A stretch of 64,000 bases of DNA from Bacteroidales bacterium (GTDB taxonomy: Bacteria; Bacteroidota; Bacteroidia; Bacteroidales; UBA12077): assembly GCA_028282585.1 (NCBI GenBank), contig JANQHR010000046.1, forward strand, positions 57,021 to 121,020. The letters are read 5' to 3'. A program made the position numbers and the translations under genes. The notes beneath the pieces were generated by a model, which made no database searches, was not told where the DNA came from, and worked only from the letters and a program-made list of their open reading frames with translations. Within the stretch, counting starts at the first letter, position 1; every line of letters starts with the position of its first letter. Of this stretch, positions 38,296 through 48,600 are shown piece after piece.

Positions 38296-39579
38296 TTAAA
38301 AATTAAATGAAGAATCATTTATATCGGAAATATTTGTAATTACCTCTTTTTTAGTATTATTCTTGATAACCTCCATACCATCTTTATCAAAAGTATTGAC
38401 ACAAAAAGAAAAATCTTTAAATCTGGTAATCCTGAATGTATTATCATCATGCCTTTCTTCCTCTACTTCATCAGAATAACTTCTTGCTCCAAGAACCTCA
38501 TTTAGTACATTCCATCTACGCGCAATTTCTCCATCCTCCACTTTATTACTGAATCCTGTTGAAGTAGCACCATTTACATCGCTGTACCCAAAGTGTTTAA
38601 CTTTATTAAAACACTTATCTTTTTTAAAAAATTCGGTTAACTCATTAAAAATTTCAATAGTTTCTCCTGGGAAGCCTACCATAATATCTGCAACCATATG
38701 CATTTTAGGATTATCAAATTTTATTTCCTGAATTGTATCGTATAACTTGGTTAAGTTAATAGGTCTTCCCATGCGGTCCAGGATGTGCTCATTAACGTGT
38801 TGCAGCCCTATATGCAATTCATTTATCCATCCTTTTTTACATAAATCCTTTATTTCAGTTGAGTACTTCTCTAACCATCTAATATGTAAATAACTAAAAT
38901 AAAGATTTGCCAATGGAACAGCATTTTTTATTTCATGAACTAGTTCTATTATTGTTTTGTTGCTATCGATTCCATAGGCAAAAGCATCTTCTCCCATTAA
39001 ATATATTTTATCGTAACCTTTTTCAACTCCGGTTTTTACTTCTTTAATTATATCTTCAACAGGTCTACTGTTTATATATCCTTTTGCTTTATTTATAATG
39101 CAGAATGTACACTCTCTTAGACATCCTTCAGAGATTTTTATATAATATACAGGAATTTTTTCTGGAGGTGTTAGGTTATACTTGTTAAAAACATTGACAT
39201 ATTTAACATCCTTAAATTCTACTTTCGCTCCAATTATCCTGTCAAGAATTTCCTCTTCATGTATGCCAATAATTTCTCCCCCAAATTGTTCTTTTAGTTT
39301 TTCTGACTGTGTCTTTGGCAAACATGCCATAACAATTATATTCTTTTCAGGAAAATTAACTTCTCTTGCAGCTTCTAGTATTTTAATAAACTTCTCATAC
39401 ATCAAATCATGGAATCCACAACCGCAAATAATAATTTTATCTACATTTAAATCATCACATACCTTCCACCCGTTAGTTCTAAAATATTTTTCAACCGTAG
39501 CATAATAAGAAGTGTGTCTTTCGCAATGGACATTATTAGTAACTATAGCTACTCTTTTATCTAATAATAAATTATTCAT
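38296..39579 (-). CDS. MiaB/RimO-family radical SAM methylthiotransferase-like protein without a TRAM domain
   Basis: UPF0004-type Cys residues (VHCERH, ICGCGF, MACLP), ISEGCLRECTFC, SRPVEDI, LMGEDAFAYG, LHIGLQH and IMVGFPGET. Ends soon after the radical SAM core. ATG 39579 preferred to GTG 39624. Confidence 0.8.
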   Translation of the reverse strand: MNNLLLDKRVAIVTNNVHCERHTSYYATVEKYFRTNGWKVCDDLNVDKIIICGCGFHDLMYEKFIKILEAAREVNFPEKNIIVMACLPKTQSEKLKEQFGGEIIGIHEEEILDRIIGAKVEFKDVKYVNVFNKYNLTPPEKIPVYYIKISEGCLRECTFCIINKAKGYINSRPVEDIIKEVKTGVEKGYDKIYLMGEDAFAYGIDSNKTIIELVHEIKNAVPLANLYFSYLHIRWLEKYSTEIKDLCKKGWINELHIGLQHVNEHILDRMGRPINLTKLYDTIQEIKFDNPKMHMVADIMVGFPGETIEIFNELTEFFKKDKCFNKVKHFGYSDVNGATSTGFSNKVEDGEIARRWNVLNEVLGARSYSDEVEEERHDDNTFRITRFKDFSFCVNTFDKDGMEVIKNNTKKEVITNISDINDSSFNF

Positions 39580-39623
39580 AATAAGAGTTATTAAATTATT
39601 TAAGGGATTACTGTAAATGTTCA

Positions 39624-42600
39624 CTAGAAGTTAAATTCTTCTTCGTGGTTTTCAATTAATTCGCTATTTGCCAAAATGTAGTTATTTGTTAAGTTGATTT
39701 GGCTCAATATAATTGAATTATTGTTAATTACTAATTCTATTATTCTTTGAAAATGGTCGGCCATCTGAGAAATAAAATCTTGATTAAATGAATCTGAGGC
39801 ATACCTAAAAAGCATATTTGTTCTGGATGAACTCCCAAAAGCATCTAATGTTAAAAGGTATTTTAAATTTTTATTATGTAGATTTTTTTCTCTTTGGGCG
39901 TTAATTGTATTATTTATCTGATTTGTCCCCTCATCAATATACTGCATAGTAAAAACAGTATTAATCAAATCAAATTCTGATAATTTACCGGATTTTCTTA
40001 AATGAAAAATTAACTCGTCATATGGTAAGTCTTGATTTTCAAAGTCTACAATAGTTTCATTTTTTATTTTATTAAGATAGGTTTCATATTCAAGATCAGT
40101 ATCTATATAACTTTTTACCGGTAACATATTTATAAAAAAACCTACTATATTATTTAAATTGTTGTCAATTCTACCTGCAACTGGTGTCCCAATAAAAAAG
40201 TTTTCTTGGTTAGTATATTTAAATAATAGAATATTATAGACCGAGAGAAGAAAAGCATATAAGGTTGTATTATTTCCTTTTGTGTATTCTCTAATCTTTT
40301 TATGTAGATTCTTATCAATTGAGAATAGATAATTTTCAGACTCAGGTTCTTCTAACTTTATTCTGTTAACTGGAAGTTTAAGGATTTCAAAAGGATCCTT
40401 AAATTTATTCAACCAATAGTTTAATTGTTTATCCAAATTCAAATTATGCTGTGAATTAGCCCATTCAGCGTAATCTTTATATTGTAATTTTAATGGAAAT
40501 AACTCCTTTTTATTATAAAGTGATAAAAAATCTTCAATTAATATATCATTTGAAATTGCATCGGAAATAATATGATGTAAATCAAATAAAAGATAACTTT
40601 TTGATTCTGTTTGAGCAATACATGCCCTTAACAATGGAGGATCATTTAAGTCAAAAGGTTGTATAAAGTTCTTTATTACCTGATTTAGATTACTCGATTT
40701 TTTAAAGTCTTGATTATTAAGATTTCGCAAGTCAATATATTCAATATCAAAATTAACATCGTCAGTTATTTTTTGAATAAGCTTATCATTATAATAACTA
40801 AAAGAAGTTCGTAAACTCTCATGGCGATTGATTAATTTTAAAAATATATCTTTAATCAAATCCTTATCTAATTCATCTTCAAATGAATAAATTCCAGGCA
40901 AGTTATAACTAGTACTATTTTTATTTAATTGATACAGTAAGAATAATCTTCTCTGTGCAGCAGATAGTTCATAATAATCCTTTTTCTCTGAGGATTTTAT
41001 AGTTTCATATTCTAATTTCTTACTTGAATTTACCACTGCAGATAGTTTACTAATATCTTGATTAATAAACACATCAGACAATGTTAATTTAACATTAAAC
41101 TCTTCAAAAATTCTTGATATTAAAATTGTAGCTTTCAAAGAATGTCCTCCTAAATCAAAAAAGCTATCATTTATACTTATCTCTTTCTCTTCGATCTGTA
41201 ATATCTCTGACCATATTTTTACCAATTGTAACTCTGTTGTACTGCGTGGTGCAACATAGTCCTTACCAGAGCGAATTTCCGGTTTTGGCAATGACTTACG
41301 GTCTATTTTACCATTACTGGTTAATGGTAAACTCGTTAGTTCTTCAAAATAACCTGGAACCATATAGTCCGGTAATATACCTCCTAAGTAATTCCGTAAT
41401 TCTGATTGATCTATTTTTGAACCCGGAACATAATATGCACATAAGTATTTATCACCTTCTTCTTCCCTGCATAATACAACACACTCCGAAATATTTTCAT
41501 GACCCAGAATGACTCGCTCTATTTCTCTCAACTCAATTCTAAAACCTCGAATTTTTACCTGGTAATCGGTTCTACCTAAAAACATCAAATTACCATCTGG
41601 TAACCAGCGTGCTAAATCTCCTGTCTTGTATAGTTTACCTGTTGATTCAAATGGATGTTCAATAAATTTTTCTGAACTTAATGCTTCATCTTGAAAATAG
41701 CCTCGTGCCAAACCATCTCCTCCAATGCATAATTCGCCTATACAACCCTGGGGAACTAATCCATTACTTTCATCTAATACGTATAGCTGTGTATTTACAA
41801 TCGGTTTCCCTATGCTTATTTCTTTTTCTCTTGTTACATTCTTTATGCTTGACCAGATCGTCGTTTCTGTCGGACCATACATATTGAATATCTCTGCATT
41901 GGTTAATTGACGAACATTTTCTAATAGTTGCAAGCTTAACTCTTCGCCACCTAATAATAACGATTTTAGATTACGAAGGGATCGGCCCACTCGATCTGAT
42001 CCCAATAGTAGTTGTAAACGTGAGGGGGTTAATTGTAATATGGTTACTCCAAATTCTTCCAATCTTCTCAATATCAAGTCTCCATCCAACTGTTCTTGCT
42101 CGTTACCTAATACTAATCGTGAACCACGTAGCAAGGGAACAAATAGTTCTAAGCCAAATATGTCGAAGCTTATGGTGGTTAAAGAAAATAAGCAGTCTGT
42201 GGTACTAAATGGAATTTCTTTATTGATTCCATATACAAAATTAACCAAGGATTTATGTTCTATCATTACTCCTTTGGGAGTACCTGTAGAACCTGTGGTA
42301 TAAATAATATAAGCTAAATCTGTTGGGGTTGTGGTATCCGGAAATGATAAAAGTCCTGGATAAGTGTGTATTAATGGATAATTTATGTCTAAAACAGTTA
42401 AGTTATCGGTTAAAACTTTATTCAAACTGTTGTCGCTTAATAAATAGTCTATTCCACTACTTTCAATGATGTTCTTAATTCTTAATTCCGGATAACTGGG
42501 ATCTAACGGTAAATAAGAACATCCGGATTTAAGTATGCCAAATATTCCGATTATTAACTCCAGCGAACGGCCCGATAATAATCCGATGGTTTGACCAGGT

Positions 42601-45600
42601 AAAACTCCCTGGTCACGTAAATAGTTTGCCATCTGATTAGAACGTATTGATAACTCTTTATAAGTTAATAAGCTTTTTCCATATGATATCGCTACATGAT
42701 CTGGTGTATCATCTGACCGATCTTCAAATAGCTCATGTATACTCCTTGTTTGAGGATATTCGTATGTTGTCTCATTAAACCTTTCAATTAATTTACTTTT
42801 CTCATCTGGTAAATTACACTCTATATCATACAATCGTACACTTGAATTATCTATTAAAGTTATCAGTAAATTTCTAAAATGGTTTGTAAACTGATTTATA
42901 AAATCCTTTCTGAAAATATCTGAACAATATTCAACCGAGATTTCAATTGTATCACTTTCATTACAATATATCGTAATATCATTCTTTGCTGCCTCTTTAT
43001 TAAAAATTTTAACTGGTTTAATATCTAGATTATCCGAAAGGTTTTTAAGTTCGCTACTTTCGTCAAAACCCAAATATGAAAATCCAGCTTCAAACACAGG
43101 ATTATGACTTGTGTCTCTTTCAATTTTTAAATCATTAACAAGATCATCAAACTGATAATCCTGGTTTGACATGGCCTCTATGGTTTTATCTTTTATTAAA
43201 TTGAAAAAATCCAATAATGTTTGCTTTATATCTATTTGTATTCTGATAGGAAGTATATTAATAAAAATACCTATTAACTCTTCAAAGTCTTTTGATGATC
43301 TACCGAATATGGTTGATCCAATAATTATATCTTTTTGATTCGTGTATTTATACAAAAGAATGTAATATACTGATAAGAAATATACATAAGAGGTAACACC
43401 TATATTCGTGCAAAATTCTTTAATTTTAGTCGTTAAAACCGAATCAAGCTCAACAACAATCAAATCGCTATTAGTACTCTGCAACACCGGTCTACTAAAA
43501 TCTACAGGTAAATTTAAAATCGGTAAATTTCCATTTAAAAGATTTAACCAATACTTTTTTTGAGATTCAAATTCTTCAAGTTTGTTTCTATTTTCCTGCC
43601 AAATACCGAATTCTTTATATTGAATATTAATTGGCTTAAAACTGGTAGAATTGCTTTGATACGTATCGAATAATTGATTTATAAATAAACGACAAGAATA
43701 AGCATCAGCAATAATATGATGAATATCGATAAAAAGTAAATGATCATCATCACTTATTTTAAATACTTTAATTCTAAACAAAGGTGCTTTACTTAAATCA
43801 AATGGTAAAATTGAATTTTCAAAAATATCCTCCAATTCATTATTATCAATTTTAGTAACATTTAATTTATCGAATAATATTTCTTCTGGATCGTGGACAA
43901 TTTGCACAGCATCTCCTTTAATAATCTTAAATGATGTTCGTAAAGATTCGTACCTTTTTATTAATAACTCAATTGAACATTGTAATCTTTCAGTATAAAA
44001 TTCTCCTTTAATTCTATAGCAGTGAGGTAAATTAAAACTAATAGTACGGTTAGTTAAACTATCTAGTATAAATAGTCTTTTTTGAGCAGAAGAAATAGTA
44101 TAGTATTCTTTCTTTTCCGACGGCAGTATATTAATTGAATTTGTTGAATCTGCAATAGAACTTCTGTTTAAGTAATCTGTAAGCTTTTTTACATTTTTAT
44201 TTTTAAAGAAATCAGCGATTTTAATGTTGAAATTCAATTTTTCTCTAATGCTATTTATGATTAAAATTGCTTTTACAGAATTACCGCCAAGCTCAAAAAA
44301 ATCATCAAATACTCCTATACCTTCAAACGTTAGATGGTCTTCCCAGATTTTTACTAATTGCTCTTCAATATCGTTATTTGGAGCTACATAGTTTGTACTT
44401 AATTCTGGTCTTGTTCGTAAATTAAGATTCTTAACACTGCTAGATGAATTAATTAATTTTGATTCAAGCTCTTTATTGTCATCTATTTTTCTCTGTTCTA
44501 AATCTATTGTTGAAACTATAATTTGGTTGAGATTACATGCTAAGGCCCTACTAAAAATAATTTTACCTTCGCTTGGCTTAATTGCATCCTTTAAATAATA
44601 ATTAACTTTCTCACTTTCTTCTTTTATTATTTTTTCAGGAGATACATAATTAATAAAATCACTACTTGTATAATTAGATAGTTCACCTGAATCTGTCGAT
44701 TTTATTTCTGAATTGCTAATATCAAGCAGGTTATAACCTTCCACCTTAAGTATAGTGCCCGAATCGTCTGATAATACAAAATCATAGTTTATAAAATCCT
44801 CATTCTCACTTTTATTTAAGCGAACTAAACTACAAAAGTTCTTTGTAAGTGGTTTAATAATAGTAATCTTATGATAATAGGCAGGTAAAAAAGCTCCTTT
44901 ACTTAGTATTGGAGATAAAGCTACATCTACTAAACCGGGATGCAAAGAATATTCTTTCAAATCTTCTAATGATTCCTCACCTATAATAATATCAGAAAGG
45001 CCAATATTTTCTCCTACTTTAATTTTCACATTATTATTTCGCCATCTTTTACCAAATCTTAGATATTCGTTTTCATGTAAATTATTTTCAAGTGCTTTAG
45101 TTGGTTTCAATTCCTGATTTTTAAAATAATCTATGTTTTCCTGAATATTTAATTTGGCTTCTAAAATTGAAACCTGACCTTTACAATGTTCTATCCAACT
45201 ATCTTCATCTTCGTAATAGCTAAGAATTTTAAAGTCAAGCAAATCTCCTTTTTGGGTAATAATTGTATGGATTTCTTTATTTTCATCCTTTTCAAACACC
45301 ATAGCTCTTAAAATATGTAAAGCTCTTATCTCTACAGAATCATTTTTGGGATATAAAAATTGTACGGCAGCATATAACATTTGCAGATATCCGGTACCAG
45401 GCATTGTTGCTTTATCTAGTATTCTGTGTTCGTTTACTATCCAATCATTTTCAGAATGTATATAGCTAATCAGTATACTTTCATTTTCATTTGAAATATA
45501 TTTTCTGAAAAGAAAGTGATCAATTTTCCTTTTAATGAAGCTATTTTCATTAAAAGGATTAGAAAGTTGTTTTAATGTTTTTACCGCACCGCCTACCTCT

Positions 45601-48600
45601 TGCCATGCATCCCAATTAATACTTATATACTTTGTATTTTGAGTATTTTTGTAATATGCAAAAGCATCTAAAAAAGCATTTGCTGCAGTATAATCAATTG
45701 TTCCTACATTTGGGTAAATTGCATTTAATGAAGAAAACAGTAAAACAAAATCTAAATCTAATTTAAGTTCTTCAATTATTCTATTTATTACTAAAGTTCC
45801 ATACAGTTTTGTGGTAAAGACTTCTTCAACTTTTTGTGTTGTTTTAAGTTGAATTAATCCTCCTCCGGGTAAGCCAGCACAATGTATTATTCCATCAATT
45901 CTACCAAACTTTTTGATTCCATTTCTCACAATATTATTAACACTATTATAATTAGAAATATCTGAATTACATATTATAGTGTCATGCCCAAAGGACTTTA
46001 TAAATTTCAGCTTGTTAATTTTCTCAACTATTTGATCGGAGTTTGGTTTATTTAACAATTTATCCCATTCACTTTCATCAGGAAACTTTGATCTGCTCAC
46101 TAATATTAAATTCGCACTAACATTTTTTGCCAAATATTCAGCAATTTCTAATCCCAATCCACCTAATGCACCTGTAATTAAGTAAGCACCATTCTTTTTC
46201 AAGTATAACTCTTTATCTTTACCTGTATTAATATTTACGCGTTCATAATTTAAAGCAAAACGATGGTTATTTTGATAACTTATAATACGATCCTTAGTGT
46301 TAATTAAAATCTCATCTAAAATACTATTAATGAGTTGTAACTCTTCTTTTTCTCCTTCAATGTTTTGAGCAATATCAACACTTTTACATCTAAAGTTAGA
46401 TAATTCTAACGGTATTGTTCTAATTGCACCAAGTAATGTTGCCTTTTCCGGATATTGAATCTGGCTACCTGAAATACTTTGCATTTGATCAGTTACAACA
46501 CAGAGCTCAACTTTATTAGTTATCGAGTTATTTGCATAAGCTTTAGCAAGAAATAATAAACTATAAAATCCTAGATTTTGAGATCTTTTAACCTTTTCTA
46601 TTTCTTTTAAATTGTGTTTTTCATTGGATAAGTTCCATAAATGAACAACCATTTCAGGAATAGTATTCTTATTTTTTAGATATTCAATTAATTTATTTAA
46701 ATCCTTTTCGTTTCCAGGTCGAATCTCAGCCTCATTATTTTTGTTTATATTAAACTTATTACCCTCTTTAACAATTATTGTTGACTCATATATCTTATTA
46801 AATCTATCAATAAGTCTTGAGCAAATTTTTTCATTGTTAGCAAATACTAAACAAACCTTATCTGAATTAACTTCTCCACTATCTGTGTAATTAAGAATTG
46901 TGGGTTTCCATATGGGAAAGTATGTCCAGTTATCAATACCAAGTCTTTCTTTAATATTATCGTTCACTTGCACAAGTTCGGATATATCTCTCTTTTGTAA
47001 TATATTTTCCGCAAGAGATTCATTTATTTCAAACTTCTTTTTTGAAAATGAATATCCAGGTAATGAAATTCTTCTTCTTTCTTCACCGTGATAATACTTT
47101 TGCCAATTAATCTTTATCCCATTTAACCATAGGTATCCAATACGCGAAACGAGATAAAATACATCGGAATATTCTTGATTTTCCAGTCTAATAGTATTGA
47201 ATATTTTCTTATTTGGCACATTCTTAATAAATTGGTAGGTAATAGTACTTAATGAATTTCCTGGTCCGATTTCACAAAAAACAGGATCCTCTAATTTAGA
47301 CAACTCTTCTAATCCCTTACTAAACTGAACAGTTTTTCTTAACTGCATTACCCAATAATCAACCGAACCGGCATCCTCTATAGTAATCCATTCGCCAGTT
47401 ACATTTGATATATAAGGTATTTGGGGTGTACTTAGAACTTTAGTTTGTAGCTTTTGTTTATATTCGTTCATTATCATTTCCATATCACGAGAATGACCTG
47501 CTACATTTATCTTAAGTCTTTGACAAATTATTCGATTTTCTTTAAGTAATTTTTCAACAAAAGAAATACTATCCACCGAACCTGAAATAATACAAGATTC
47601 TCCATGATCAGCCGCTAAAGAAATCTGATCATTTAAATATTCTGAAAGCTTTGAACTTTCTAAAGGAATATTTAACATAACACCTTCAGGAAGTTTAGTC
47701 ATTAGGTAACCTCTATAGCTTACTAAATCAAGTGCATCTTCCAGGGTTAAAACACCAGATAAACAGGCAGCTGTGTACTCACCAATACTATGGCCAATCA
47801 GAGCAGAAGGTTTTATATCCCAATCCATTAATAACTTTGCTAACGAATATTCAATTACAAAAGTAATAACCGGTGAAACATCAATATTATCAATAACAGT
47901 TTCATTCAAAAATTCTTCTGTTGATGGATAAATAATTTCTTTATAATTATAATCAGAAATGGTACTTAGTATCTTGAAACAGTTATCCATTACATTTCTA
48001 AATTCAGGTTCTGTTTTATAAAGCCCCAGCCCCATATTAATATATTGAGAACCCTGGCCTGAAAACATAAAGACAATAGGAGAATTACTGTTTTGACATA
48101 TTTTCTTTATAAATCCCTTTTCCTCTACTTTATTTAATTTGCCCAATGCATCGTCAATATCAGAACAAATAAGGTATGCTCTATGATCAAATTCTTTTCT
48201 TCCAACACTTAAAGTATATGAAATATCTGATAAATTAATGTCACAATTATTTTGTAGAAATTCCGTTAATTTTTTGATATTTTCTTTTAAAGATTCTTCG
48301 TTATTAGCCGAAACCAGTAATAACTTATACTCCTTTTCTTGTTTGCTATATTTTAATTCAGGCGCTTCCTCTATAATTACATGGGCGTTTGTACCTCCTA
48401 TTCCAAATGAGCTAACTCCTGCGCGTAAAGGATATTCATTATTAGTCCATTCCTTCAAATTTCGATTTATATAAAATGGAGAATCCTCTATACCTAAACT
48501 GGGATTAGGTTCTTCGAAGTTTATACTTGGCGGTATCATTCTATGTTTTAACGAAAGAATTCCTTTAATAAAACTTCCTACTCCCGATGCGGTGCCCATA

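Noticed and set aside
38296-39624. Assigning the symbol miaB, rimO or mtaB
   Set aside because: No TRAM domain, divergent N-terminal motifs and a biosynthetic context; orthology is not supportable.
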